Shown: positions 40,153-53,033 of the stretch, in pieces
Layout: each line of letters opens with the position of its first letter
How positions within the stretch are numbered: the stretch's first letter is position 1
Origin: Phallusia mammillata
Taxonomy: Eukaryota
Length of the DNA: 64,000 nt
Direction: 5' to 3'
Assembly: GCA_965637545.1 (NCBI GenBank)
Contig: OZ281500.1
Span: forward strand, 2,418,001-2,482,000
Notes under the pieces: model-generated
What the model saw: the letters and a program-made list of their open reading frames with translations, nothing else
Database searches by the model: none
What the model was told of the DNA's origin: nothing
Program-made: the position numbers and the translations under genes

Positions 40153-42481
40153 TCACAAATTTCGGTTATGTAAGGCGTTGGTAAGCATTTTGTGTGCCGC
40201 AGATTTAAACTCGAATCCGTCAACCGCTTGACCAAAAAGTTGTCCTGCGTGGTAAAATATTGAAGGGGTGTATTCGTAGAGTAAAGTTGGTGACCAGATT
40301 TCTAACTTCCATTCACACTTCGCCAACGTTAGGACAAATTTCGCAAATTGGTATTCCACGCAGCAGTTCTCATACACAAACTGACAAAGTTTTATTCCAT
40401 ATTTTGCGGCAACAAGGCACTCCTCGTAGCGCCGAAGCTGGAATAAAATTGTAACCAGAAGGTATGTAGCAGATACGGACGTTTCAGGATACTTTAGACT
40501 GTTCGCATAAATCAACAATTGAAACGACATTTTGTAAAACTTAACTGCATCATGAGGTCGACCGTCTCTACACAGGTGTATAGAAAATGAGATTATAAAG
40601 TAAAACCAGTTCGGAATATTCTGTCACAGATAGCTTTGTTGTATTTTCTTTGCGACCTAAGTAAATCTTTTCTTTCCAAAGTTCTTTCAGTACAAGTTCT
40701 GCTTCTGTGAACCGATCTAATTTTATCAGTAATTTAGCTTTATACACAAGCAAATGTTCAACTCTTTCCGTGTTTTTGCATTTTAATGCTTTATCACAGT
40801 AAACTAGAGCTTCTTTTTATCTATTCTGTTGGTACAGAGTTTCGCATATTTGATAAAATGCGTGATTTAAAAAGGAGTCGGATTCCTCATCTACATGGTC
40901 TTGTCGTCTTTTGGATAATAATTCGTTACCCAGCGAAAGAGCATTATTAAAACAACCCGTACGATTCTGGCAAATACTGAGGCAAACCAACAGATTATAA
41001 TACATGTATTTGCCAAACTTTACGGTAGGGTCCTCTTTTATTTCATTGTATGCAAGCTCGCAATATTGTTGCGCTTTTTCGTAGTCTTCGTGCACCATGT
41101 AACATTGCCCAATGATTACTTTCACCTCCAAATTCAATGTTTTGTTAGGTATGTTAGGTATGTCATCAGATAACGTTTGTATGTATTTCAATGATTGACC
41201 GTACTTTTTTACTGCACTTGAACATAAGCAGCACTGCATCAAGAACTGGACACGGAAATCGACTAAACATGGCGAATTAAGTCGGGGTAATTCTATATCA
41301 CAGATCTTGAGGACTTCTTCATATTCCCCGACTTGGTGCAAGCATGTCACATGCATCAACCGCAAAAACCATTCATCACGCGCACTTAGATTCTCGTCGG
41401 AGGTTTTCCATTCATCAAACAGTTTTAAAGCAAATGTGGTTAATCGAAAACACCATGCCAGGAATGTTGCACGAGCTGGCGACTCCTCAAAATCAATGAT
41501 TGCCTTACTTTTTTGATTATCAAAGCAATTAATAACATAGTGTTGAAGTGATACTGCGATATTTATTCCACTTATAACAGCTCTTTTGCCTATGTCTTTT
41601 GTAAGGTCTTGTGTAACTGGCGGATCAAATAAGTATGGTTGATGCACGATGTCATTTTGACCTGCTGTCGTGCTGTACCACCTTAAACGCATTTCGCATG
41701 CAACCGCCACCGAAAACTGAAGTTTACGGTGTAACGTCTCATTTATTTTCGGGGTATCCCTCAGTTCGTCAAGAATATCAAAACAGTTGAAGTTTTTACA
41801 TTTGTACAATCGACCCAGAGCAAAAACGAAAAGAGAACAACTTCTTGAGACAACACGCTTGACGTCTATTTTTTCCAAATACTCGCTCTTTATTTGGTAG
41901 AGATCAAAATCTTTTTTCATATTTTGATTTGCTTGTTGGTTGAAGATGTTCGTTTGATTAAGGCTTTGTTCGACTTTTGATTTACATTCATCAGAAACGT
42001 CCGAATCGCCGAATACAAAACAAGTTGTGGTCAACATGTCTGCTAAATGATATCCGTTTTTTAAATCCTCTTCTGTTTCCAAGTACTTCACCATCTCACT
42101 GACTGGTTTAATTAGCTCAGTTGTCCACGGCTTCTTCTGTGTCTTTGTTTGTCTTCCCAATGGATTCTTACTTGCTTGAGGAGCAAAACCATCCGGACAA
42201 ATTCCGCATGGAGTGTAGGCGTCATAGAACCAATCTTCTTCATTATTTAAGGGATTGTTAAGACATGGAATAGCCAAAAATTTGAGTAAAGTTTCACCAA
42301 GACGAACCAGTATCATTTGGTAAACAGCTGCAAACCATCGGAAATGTTCCAAAATGTTTTTGTAATCAGGTTGTTCTTGAATTCCTTCCTCCAATACAAT
42401 AATACTTTCAAAATCAGAATATGGAGTAACTTCTTTTTTGGCCAAAGAACCCATTCCTACCAAAGCAAACTTACAAGGTGG
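40153..42481 (-). pseudogene. Copy F: 5'-truncated NTase-TPR pseudogene
   Basis: Homology starts abruptly at PPCKFALVGMGSLAKKEVTPYSDFES (~42481). There is an in-frame TAA at 40817-40819, a frameshift at ~40590, and a deletion in the tail. Confidence 0.88.
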
Positions 42482-44364
42482 TTTTTAGTGGCAACATATG
42501 TTTTGCTCTGTTTAAAACAAAGGCGTAACTAGAACATCGTAGTGTGCCAAGCCTGGTGAAGATTTCATACATAATCAAGCTTTGGGTCCAATGCCAATTT
42601 TAATTTATATCTGCTCATCTTAACTTACCTCTAGATTTGCTCCAACTTCCACTTATTGATTTTTTTTCCTACAATGAACTTTGTCCATAGGTGGCAAAAG
42701 CGGATAGCACAGAAGCAGAAGAATAACTGAGCGGACTTGCGCAATGAGTATTTGCATATAATCTCATTATTACTTATTTAGTTGTTCTGGTATGTGGCAA
42801 ACCTTTAATATGATAAAAAATAAACAAATAGCATGATTTTTATTTTAGTTTTGGACCCAAAGTTTGGCATAACATTCATGATGTGTTACGTATTACATAA
42901 CACGTGCTTTATGTGGAAATTGTCGATCTGAGACTAACCATGCGTGCGGGTTTCGCTTTGGGGTTAAAATGTTAACTTCACAGGCAAGACAAAAGACACA
43001 CACCATTTGACAGTTGGCTAGTGTGTTGGTTATTGCTAATAACTCGGAAATAATATGTAGAGTGGTTGTTGTTCCTTTGCTATTTCCGTCTTTGAATCAC
43101 GTGTAGAGGTCAACTAAATGGACTTATTTCTTCCCATTTTATATTCTATCCTTTATGAACGTAAAACTTCTGTGTGCATCAAGTTATCTATTCTGTTCAG
43201 AAGATGTGTTGTGCGATCCTAAGAAGGACGACGGAATAAAGATGAAGAATGCCAATGATGAAAGTAAAAAAAACGTGGAAAAAACAGGTCATATCACTTC
43301 ATGTACCGTTATTTTGTTGCTGCATTAAGCGTTGAACATACATATTTATACATAATTAACGTGAGTTAAAGCATCATACATAAACCGCGTTTTAATGTAC
43401 AGCTCTTCATGCCTGACGCAAATAGGCCTGTAGTAGAACCCCTTAAAAATCAATTTCTTCATTTGGGACAATAATTACTGCTGTTGTCACCCTTTATATC
43501 TTTGTGCAATTTTTACAAGTTTTTATTCTTCGTTTCGTTCAGTATTTTCCACTGACTAAAATGGACTGTGTATTTTTCACTACTACAGCCTAAAACTGTC
43601 TCGCAGGTTGCAAATACATTTTACTACTTCATGTTTTGTTAATAAATTGGTCGCTAGGTGGAGGTAAAGACGAGTTACAGAACAAAACTGGCTGAATATG
43701 AGTGCAGTAACATCGTGATTTAAAATCGTACCTCTGCGTCTAGTATGTTTTATTTGATTTAAGTTTTTATTTGCGTCTATTAGCTACGTGCTGTGGAATT
43801 AGTCAACACGAAGGTTCCCACATTTGTGTATTGTATTAGTATGTTGTAAATGATACACAAGGTTCAGGCCAAACCATCAACAAACCTTAAAAATGTTACT
43901 AAATGTGCCTAAAATTACTTGTTGTATATTTAGTTATAAACAACATTTTTATACTTGGTTTGTTTTTTTTGCACAGAAGCTGATCACTCGTGAACTACAA
44001 AGATTCAAACCCTTCATCCACAGCATAAACTGTGAGTGAATCTGCTTTTACAATTACTGTTTTTGAAACAAACAGTTTGTGGTTTACTTAACCATGTGCC
44101 TTATTAGCTAAATTTGATTTGTCTAGTTAGTTTGTCTATTGAAAATTATATTTTTAGCTAAAATGATTCTATAACCTCAAAAAAATCACACAAACTTACC
44201 AAGCAGTTCATTATATTAGCGTTAATTGTAACCGAGGCAACGGGTCGTGTCTATCCGGAAAGCACTCTAGCCGGTTTTAACGGTATTTAGCGGGTTTCAA
44301 AACCTAATGACTAAGTTTTTTGTTGAAATGCATCAACCAGAAAAAATGCGGTCATTATTTAAGC

Positions 44365-44644
44365 CAGGGGTGTCCAAACTTTTTTTAATGGGGGCCAATT
44401 TTTACCAAGTGAAGAAGCCCGCGGGCCAACGTTTTTTTAGAATTAGACACAAATACACGAGATTTAAGAAATTGTGGAATTTTGTTGCGTCAGCATGATG
44501 TACACTTCCTTTTTACTGGGAAATAAAGTTCCATGAAAGGCATTTACGTGAAGTCGCAAGTCGCCAAGTCCTGAAAACCTAAAAAACAGCTGCGGGCCAC
44601 TTAAAATGCCGCCGCGGGCCGCATTTGGCCCTTGGGACACCCTG
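44365..44644. mobile_element. hAT-type MITE, 280 bp
   Basis: TIRs caggggtgtcc / ggacaccctg with 8-bp TSD atttaagc. Confidence 0.88.
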
Positions 44645-45472
44645 ATTTAAGCAGTTTGCGCTTTTTTCTCAATTGGTACTGGAAACCACATTTTGTAAAA
44701 CCCTGCTGTGTACCGCACGTTCTACAAACGCAATAACACAGAGCAGCAATCATAACGTCAGTAACATTTATAAGTTACCTAAGTCATAAAAGTATTGACG
44801 GCTGCAGAGAGCATAAACAAGAACACACATGCAACGTATTATGCAACGTAATAAGTTGATTTTTGTTATGCAAAGCATCATTTGCTTTATGGAAACTATA
44901 TATACTATTGGCTTTTAACATTGTTAAATTTTAAAATCTGCTTTCAGGTCGCTAAGTATAACACAAGGCGTTAGATTTTTTCAACTTTGACAACAAACAA
45001 GACCAGGCACAATGCAGTCGTAAGGCAATGTTGTTCAACACAGTCGCAAATGTTTTAACGATTTCAACTATTTTTTTCAACTTTTCGGGTGGTTTAAATC
45101 AACACATACAGTTGCTATAACAAGGTACACGAAATTGCCAGTGATGTACAATAAAACATAGACATTTTATTATGCAGACATGCTCAAAGAAAACAGTTGT
45201 CGTTATCATCAAAATCGTGTACAATCAAACACAAGCGTGTTTAAATACTTGGACAATGTTACTTATGTCAACCATTACTATTGCTTACTTTTAACATCTT
45301 GCTATTTATCACATATCACACTAAATTTGTCGCATTTTTGACAACCCTACATAACAGTGCTTCTTAAAGGTCAATTAGGACCGAATTCTTTGTGTAAATG
45401 TTTGTATTCATAAACTCCTGTCATGTAACGCTTGTCCGCTGTCAAGCAAAACCACATGACAACAGAATAACT

Positions 45473-48337
45473 TTATGAATCTAAACTGATTGACGGAGGG
45501 CGTTTTTTCCTAAAAACAGACGCTGCGTGATAAAATATAGAGGGAGTGCAAATGAAGGGTAGTGTTGGTGGTCTGATTCCTAACTTCCATTTACAGCGTG
45601 CACACTTTTGTACGAGATCGACAAATTTTTCCTTTACACAACAGTTTATGTCCCAAGATTGATAAAATGCAATCCCATGCTTCGCTGCAGAAAGGCACTC
45701 TCCATAACGCTGTAGTTTGAATAAGACTCTGACAAGAAACCCTGCAGCATTTACGTAATGCTCTGTCGGTTTTAGGCTACCCGAGTGAAATGACCAATGA
45801 AACGACTTTTTGGCAAAGAAAAGTGCTTCATAAAATTGGCCTTCTTCATAGCGACGAATAGAAATCTTATGACAAATAAAACTGCAGAATTCGAAATATT
45901 CCGTTTCAGATAACAGCATTTCGTTCTCGGAACAAAGTAATTCCCTCTTTTCTTGCCATACAATTTTCAAAAAACTTTTTGCTTCTGATAAACAGCCCAA
46001 CTTTATCAAGCATTCGAATTTATGCGAAACAAAATCGACTATTTGATTAGTTCCATGGTTTTTATTAATATGTTTACATTTCCAGGGTTTGTCGAGGTAA
46101 ACAAGGGCTTCTTTGTATCTTTTCAAGCCGCACAAAGTACCACCTCTGTTAAGAAACGCTAAATTTAAAATACGATCGGCTTCCTCAGGCAAATGCAATT
46201 TTCGCCTTTCGAATATTAATTCATCGTTTATCTGAAGAGCATCGCCGTAACGACCCAAATTATTAAGGCATATGCTGTATTCGTTCAACAATTGCCCGTA
46301 CGTTAAACGGGAAAACTCTTTTGTCTGTTTATTTTGCATTTCGTTGTATGCATGCTTGAAATAATATAAAGCCTGTTTACATTCTTTAAGGGCTAGATAG
46401 CAACGTCCCATGCATACTGTGATATCAAATCTTCTTACAGAATGCAATCCCCTGGAACAGACCTCAGATAACTGTCTCAGATAATTCAGTGCTTCTCGGT
46501 ACTTTTTGAATTTAAATAAGCAAGCCTGATATAGACAAAGGTAATAACTTTGGGTAATGACTGAACCAGTTGAATCAAGACGTATTAATTCATCTTTAGT
46601 GACTTTAAGACAATTTTCGAATTCTTCACAACGATACAAGCATGTCACATATGATGTCATTATCAACTGGCGATCAGACTCATTATCGAACTCGTCCAAA
46701 CCTCCACATTCATTTATTAGTTTTAAAGCAAATTTGTTCAGATTTAATAAAATTGCGATCCCCACTGCTTCAGTGCGCGATTCTTCAAGATCAAGTTTTT
46801 CTATTCTTTCTGTTTGATAGCATTCAATAACATAGTTTTGAAGTGATTCTGTCATGTTTAATCCATCTACAACCGCTCTGTTTCCAATGTCTTCCGTGAA
46901 CTTTTCCATAAACGATGGTTCACCAAAATGGTTGATTTGACGTAAAACGTCATTTTGGCCTGAAGTCTTACTGTACCACCTCAAACGCATTTCACATGCA
47001 ACTGCTAATGAAAACTGAAGTTTATCATGTAATGTCTCATCCAAAATACCACGATCCCTAAGTTCGTCAAGGATATCAAAACAGTTTGAATTGTCACAGT
47101 CATGCAAACGACCTAGAGCCAATACGAAAAGAGAACAACTTCGTAACGCAACACGCTTTATATCTACATTTTTTGTTAAACTTACGGTTTGGACTCGATA
47201 TTGTTCATAATCTTTTCTGATATTCTGTATTACTCGTTGGTTGAAGATGGGCATTTCATTTATCTTTTGCTCGATTTGGGATTCAAAATGTTTGTATACA
47301 GCACAATCGCCATACACAAAACAAGTTGTTGTTAACATATCTGCTAAATGATAACCGTTTTTTAAATCCTCTTCTGTTGCTAAGTACTTCGCCATCTCAC
47401 TGACTGGTTTGATTAGCTCAGTTGTCCACGGCTTCTTCTGTGTCTTTGTTTGTCTTCCCAATGGATTCTTGCTAGCTTGGGGAGCAAATCCATCAGGACA
47501 AATTCCACATGGGGTGTATGCATCATAAAACCAATCTTCGTTTTTATTCAAGGGATTATTAAGACATGGAATAGCCAAGAATTTGAGTAAAGTTTCACCC
47601 AAACGAACAAGAATCATTTGGTAAACAGTTGCAAACCATTGAAAATACTGCAATCTGCGTCTGTAACCAGGCTGTTTTTGAGCACCTTTTTCTAACACAA
47701 TGATACTCTCAAAATCAGAATATGGAGTAACTTCTTTTTTGGCCAACGAACCCATTCCTACCAAAGCAAACTTACAAGGTGGCTCCCCCATTATGAGAAC
47801 AGTTTGTCCGGCAATAAAACACGTTACTTCCTTGTATGTTTCAGTAACATATTCTTGTATTTCCCTTACTTGCTTAACTCTTTGCCTTCGTAATGCACTA
47901 AGCTCTTCGCCTTTCAAATCATCAGGCATTGGTTTTAGCTCACTCAGCTTGTGTTTTGTGTTTTCACGAAGTATTTGAATCTGTTCCTTGATTTCGGCAA
48001 CAGCTTTACTCACCAGCTCTGCATCTGGGTTTGCAGCATTAGCCAACGTCATAATGTGCATGCACACGTCATCAAGATCTTTCTTAATGTCATCTGTTTT
48101 GTCGGGTTGCCTTAACACAGCTGATGTCATTAAAGCAACACTTTGAATGAGACTGATCTTATCTGGACTTTTCTCTTTGTACGCAAGTCCCAACTGATGC
48201 AAAGTTTTTGCTGATTCTTTTGGATCTTTTTCCTCTCCATTGTCATAACATTGGTTTCTCAACTTAGTTGCTGTATCACTGATGACTACGTCTGTTATTA
48301 TATCGTTCAAGCAATCGTACGAATCTTTGCATAGCAT
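45473..48337 (-). CDS. Copy G: intact, intronless DUF294/GlnD-like (protein-PII uridylyltransferase N-terminal-like) nucleotidyltransferase + TPR-repeat protein, ~954 aa
   Basis: Uninterrupted ORF; first ATG at 48337 (the track's 48394 start is GTG). It carries GS-x10-DFE (47708-47752), GICPDGFAPQASKNP, a DUF294_C-like DIKRVALR...ILDELRDRGILDETLHDKL...EMRL segment, and ~8 TPR-like repeats (e.g. MGRCYLALKECKQALYYFKHA, GGTLCGLKRYKEALVYLDK). Confidence 0.9.
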   Translation of the reverse strand: MLCKDSYDCLNDIITDVVISDTATKLRNQCYDNGEEKDPKESAKTLHQLGLAYKEKSPDKISLIQSVALMTSAVLRQPDKTDDIKKDLDDVCMHIMTLANAANPDAELVSKAVAEIKEQIQILRENTKHKLSELKPMPDDLKGEELSALRRQRVKQVREIQEYVTETYKEVTCFIAGQTVLIMGEPPCKFALVGMGSLAKKEVTPYSDFESIIVLEKGAQKQPGYRRRLQYFQWFATVYQMILVRLGETLLKFLAIPCLNNPLNKNEDWFYDAYTPCGICPDGFAPQASKNPLGRQTKTQKKPWTTELIKPVSEMAKYLATEEDLKNGYHLADMLTTTCFVYGDCAVYKHFESQIEQKINEMPIFNQRVIQNIRKDYEQYRVQTVSLTKNVDIKRVALRSCSLFVLALGRLHDCDNSNCFDILDELRDRGILDETLHDKLQFSLAVACEMRLRWYSKTSGQNDVLRQINHFGEPSFMEKFTEDIGNRAVVDGLNMTESLQNYVIECYQTERIEKLDLEESRTEAVGIAILLNLNKFALKLINECGGLDEFDNESDRQLIMTSYVTCLYRCEEFENCLKVTKDELIRLDSTGSVITQSYYLCLYQACLFKFKKYREALNYLRQLSEVCSRGLHSVRRFDITVCMGRCYLALKECKQALYYFKHAYNEMQNKQTKEFSRLTYGQLLNEYSICLNNLGRYGDALQINDELIFERRKLHLPEEADRILNLAFLNRGGTLCGLKRYKEALVYLDKPWKCKHINKNHGTNQIVDFVSHKFECLIKLGCLSEAKSFLKIVWQEKRELLCSENEMLLSETEYFEFCSFICHKISIRRYEEGQFYEALFFAKKSFHWSFHSGSLKPTEHYVNAAGFLVRVLFKLQRYGECLSAAKHGIAFYQSWDINCCVKEKFVDLVQKCARCKWKLGIRPPTLPFICTPSIFYHAASVFRKKRPPSISLDS

Positions 48338-48433
48338 TACTTGTTTGTGTTTGACATTACAGCTTTCGTACAAAACTTCAAAACTACAACACACTTAAAT
48401 TTGTGGACACGTTACCAAATTTAACTAACCACC

Positions 48434-48548
48434 CTGTTAAAAAAAACAAGAACGAGTGTAAATCCTTTGGCCAGGTTTACCATTTTTATTTGTTCATTCT
48501 AATTTGGCACTGACAAAAGCAAAATCTATTTCTGGGTGTTAATGCTAC
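48434..48548 (-). other. Candidate 115-nt 5'-UTR intron of copy G
   Basis: CAG|GTAGCA...TTTTTTTAACAG|G. The same boundaries and length occur upstream of copy H (55993-56107), and the donor is also present upstream of copy C. Confidence 0.5.
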
Positions 48549-48677
48549 CTGACAGTTTGACTGGTGATCTCCTTAAACATTGTGCTGGATAAGTATGATT
48601 GTCCAATAAAGCTTCTTGGTTAATGATTTACGTTAAGTAAACCTAAAACGTCACTCCTGACAACAGTGCATAAACGC

Positions 48678-49756
48678 CCCTCGTGATTTTAATCGCGCCA
48701 TTGTTCTTTACAGTTGATATTGTTTAGTATCAAAATTTTACCTGTAGCCATGCTTTGTATACTGTAGCAAAACATGGTGAAATAGAACTTATATGTAAAG
48801 GAACGTGAAAGAATGGTTCATCACTAAAGAAAACCGCATCACTTACCGGTTTGACTTCGAGTCAAGTTCTATAAAATTTAAAATAGTCTGAATAGACATA
48901 ATCCGGTCACTTTTAATGCCTAAGTGTCCCAGCATATCCTATCTGTTTTGCAACAGGGCGTACTGGTTACCGGACACACACGAGCGTAAAACGCTGGCTG
49001 TCTGGGGATTGTATGCGGCGCGTACTTTCTTGACACTAGCAGACTTGCTCAAAACCACACGCGGCACGTATATTGATCTAGTTGACGCAATTCGTGCCTA
49101 AGGTCGGTTTAATACTTTCTCCATTCACTCAAATTCGTGTCAAGTCCCTTTTTTTGTTCATTTTGACGCGATTGCAGGTATGCCCACTTGATATTGTTTT
49201 ACATTGCTTTTTTGAAGGCTTGATCAGATATCAGTATATCAGACTTTGAAACATCCGTTTCGTAAAAAAATATATATTTTGTGAATTATTGATGAATATA
49301 GAGAATTCAATCTTTGTTTCAAAATGAGTTTGGCAAAGTTAGGGGGCACTGCTTAAGCTTTGGGTTTATGTTGTTGCGTAAGTAATTTGAATTGTTATAA
49401 TTATTGGGCTCGTGCCGTATGCAACTGAACCTGTTTTTTTGCTCAATGAGTACATCTAGTGGCTGTTTACTTTAAAGTTATCACCAATGTAAAACACGAG
49501 TATGGTGGATATATTAGTTTTTTACCTTTACTTTTCTGCACTTGGACCAGTAGCTCCAGGGGTCATATTAAGGCAAATGGGAATAACAGTCAATGGACTT
49601 ATCCCTGACATTACCTTTTCACGATTGTAATCCTTCCCATTGATCTATGACCGTTAGACGTTTTTTTTAGGTGTTATGACTGTTAGTAAAAACTGTTATT
49701 GTTTCTAGGTATATTAGCGGATAATCATTTATACTTTTCTGGTATAACGCTGACAT
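48678..49756. repeat. Segmental duplicate of 1-1089
   Basis: See the feature at 1-1089. Confidence 0.95.
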
Positions 49757-51473
49757 ATCTTATTTACTCCTGAATTGGTTTTATTCTCGGAAATGTATTG
49801 GCACTGTTCTTACATAACGTTTCATCTTGTTTGCCAATTTTTTTTTAAACACTGATATTAGTCGGTCACTTTATGTAGTATTCCGTGCCATCTGGTAATT
49901 TTTTTTAAACGTAGACGCTTGGGGACGTAAACTATGTCTTCAGCAGCATAAACAGACTGAGTATATGCGAAATAGCACGATCGTTTAAAATCTCAACTCG
50001 TTCCGCCGTTAAAATGCATATTCTTAGTCCGCGTATTTTAGCTCTGAGCTTTCCAGTCAGTAGAAATGCACGGAGATAACACTTGACCCCTCTTTCATCA
50101 CTTTTGTATATTGTCTCTGTAAAGGTGCGAAATATACATAAATTTACAGTCGTTTTATTTGATGGAAGATTTATCGTTGTTTTGTTACAGAACAAAATGT
50201 AAGCTACACAAATCTTAATTTAACTGAAGGTGAATCTGCGTACATTTCAAGAATGTGTCTTGTTTGACTGTGTTTCGTTTTAAAGCTTTGAAGTTCAAAG
50301 GATTTAGGATTTTAACATTCGGTATCTACTAACAGTTAGTTTAGGGTTCCCATTAAAATCATAATATATTACTTGTTTAGTCTGTTTACCGATTTAAACT
50401 GACAGGGGAATCGTTTGCACAACTGTAGTGGTGGTTGTATGTTGTTGCAAACATTCGTGTGTCACGCGGTAACAATTCACATACACGCTAGGGGGAGTAA
50501 AAGATTTGTTAACTGTCATAAAGTTGCTTTTTTTAAGTTTTAAAGCGTAACCACCCTCGCTTGAAATTGGTGCAGCTCATTTAGCGTGTTTGATGCATAT
50601 TCCCTCTGCTGGTTTTTGCTTTGTGTTTTATCAATATCAGGCATACAAAGAGGCAACTGCAGTGCCTGTCATTTGTGTTTTGCACCAGCATATTGTTGAT
50701 GAAATAACATCTAGTTTGTATGCTGGAATAACTATCTTTGTGTTGTCTGTTCACAGAAACTGACTACTTGCGAACTACGTACAAAGATTCGTCTCTTTTT
50801 AGGCACAGAAATCTCTATTCAAATGTAAGTAAATCTGCTTTTGATTATTAGTCTCAGTCGCCAACCGTCTGGTGATTTAACTGTGTACCATAATCATTAT
50901 TTGCCAATTTCCTAGCCACGCAATCGTAACATAAATCATCACTCTGACTTTGTTAGCAAAAAACGTGTTTCACGACATTATTTACTAACACAATAACACA
51001 GCGACTGTTTTGAAATCGTTTAAATGTGGACGTCAGCACAATAAAACCCGAAATGAAATTTAACGCTAAACATAAAAGCGCAACGAAGGGCGAACGTATT
51101 TACGTAAAATATCATCATATTTAATCATAACTAAGATTCATTCAATAATATCATTGGGTCTTCTAAGTTTTAACTATACATTCTTCTCCGGTAAACTTAC
51201 ATACATGTTGTGGGAAAAACGTGTTATGCCACCCTTACTACAAACACACAAAGAAACGTTTAAGTGTGAAAAAACACAAAAACATTACTAATATCACAGC
51301 AACAATAACGGAACGGATTTACACCTAAGTATCTAAAGGGCAACGCGTCGAAAGCCGGCATGCACAAACAACACGCGAATAATATGACGAAATCTTCGGA
51401 TGCGTGTAAGATCATTGGCTTCATGAAAGCGTTACATGGGCTAAGGTAAAAGTATCATTTACAATGGTTTGTT

Positions 51474-51773
51474 TTACAAGTTTCGGTTATGTAAGGCTTT
51501 GGTAACCATTTTGTGTGGCGCACAAAACAGAACTACGCGAAGAGGAAGTTGTGAATTGAACTTGAATCGGTAAAACGCTTGTGCAAAATTGATCCTGCAT
51601 GGTAAAATATGGATGGGGTGCAATCGTAGGGTGGAGTTGGTGGCCTGACTTTTAACTCCCATTTACAACTCGCCAACAGCTTGGCAATTTCAACAAAGTT
51701 TTCTTCCACACAGCAGCATTTGTCACACACAAACTGAAAAAGTTTTATTTCATGTTTTGCGCCAGCAAGGCAC
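51474..51773 (-). pseudogene. Remnant I: isolated C-terminal tail of an NTase-TPR gene
   Basis: CLAGAKHEIKLFQFVCDKCCCVEENFVEIAKLLASCKWELKVRPPTPPYDCTPSIFYHAGS, then frameshifted ...HKMVTKALHNRNL. Confidence 0.88.
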
Positions 51774-53033
51774 AAATAGCTGGGTGGTATTTTCTTGGGA
51801 TAAAAATTTGATCATATCATGCCAAAGTTCTTTCTATGATATTCTGCGTTTTATAACCTCAGATCAAAACATGGCAAAACAATTTAACTATGGAGATACT
51901 TGCCGTACATTGTGCTTGACCAGGTTGTTTGTGCAGTGAGGCTATATGTGGTTAATGTTTCACGCCAAGACAAACAAAGGCGACACAGCTACAAGCACAT
52001 GAGTTGTCTCGTGTATATTATCACTTATTATCTTCGTAATTCAAAAAAAGTTTAACAATTGCACGTTGCTGGCAAAATGTTCTTTTTATTTCTGTTGGCA
52101 AAACATTTTGTTTTTAGTGTTAGACATACATTTCTTTTTAAAACATCCATTAGCTTGAATATTTTAAGCTCGGCCAAAATTATTGGACCTAAATCCTATG
52201 AGGTTGACTGGGTCTTTATTTTGTGTACTTTAAATGTGCCATAATTAGGCAAAGTGATTGTTTGGTGACAAAATTATTCATTGTTTGTTTGTTTACAAAA
52301 CCTAAATGATCCGAATCGTTGGTCTTTACCTTGGGGTACAGAAAAATTGGTCTTTACCTTGGGGTACAGATAGCTACAGGAAATACAGGAAGTTATTAAT
52401 TTTTCTCGTTTGACTTTATCGACAACCGTTTGTATTTAATTTATTTGACTGTTTCTTATAATCGAAAGTCTGGTTTAAAGGTTAGTTAGATATAATTTCT
52501 AATACATTCTCTGGCTTTCACGCAAATCAAATTACATTATGGATCAGCCCAAAATGACCTCTGCCAAAATTGATGAAATAATTTGTTTAAATTGTTAGCA
52601 TTCCAACGTAGGCCTAACGCAATGCGGTTAATGTTTTTCACCAATGAGTGTGCTCTTCCATATCTACCGATATCTGACCATTTCACTATTTCACTTTTTT
52701 AGATATCCCGTTGATATACGAAACATTAACTCACACTTTTTTTGTAAAAATGAAACGTGTTGTGCAACATTTTTGACAACATATTATGACAGTAAAACAA
52801 AAAAAATTGTAACAATTCAGCATTTTTTTGTCTTTCGTGAAATTAGTCTGAGAAAGTGAGTCCAAGTATATTTGTTGTTTAATAACAAAGTAAAGCACTG
52901 TCTAATTGATTTTTCTTGTTTGTTTTGTGTGCAAAAAAAAACATTAATATTGGAAACGTACAAAAATAACTCAAAAATAAAGTTTCGTGACAGAAACGTC
53001 AATTTTTAGGACAATAAAAGCGGAATAAAAGAT

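Noticed and set aside
47708-47758. Calling the enzyme cGAS/OAS/CD-NTase
   Set aside because: Motif spacing and the downstream helical domain fit GlnD/GlnE/DUF294 better. No Mab-21 features are seen, and the product remains untested.
52319-52370. Short perfect tandem duplications (also 28858-28898 and ~36575-36632)
   Set aside because: Two-copy local slippage events with no further structure.
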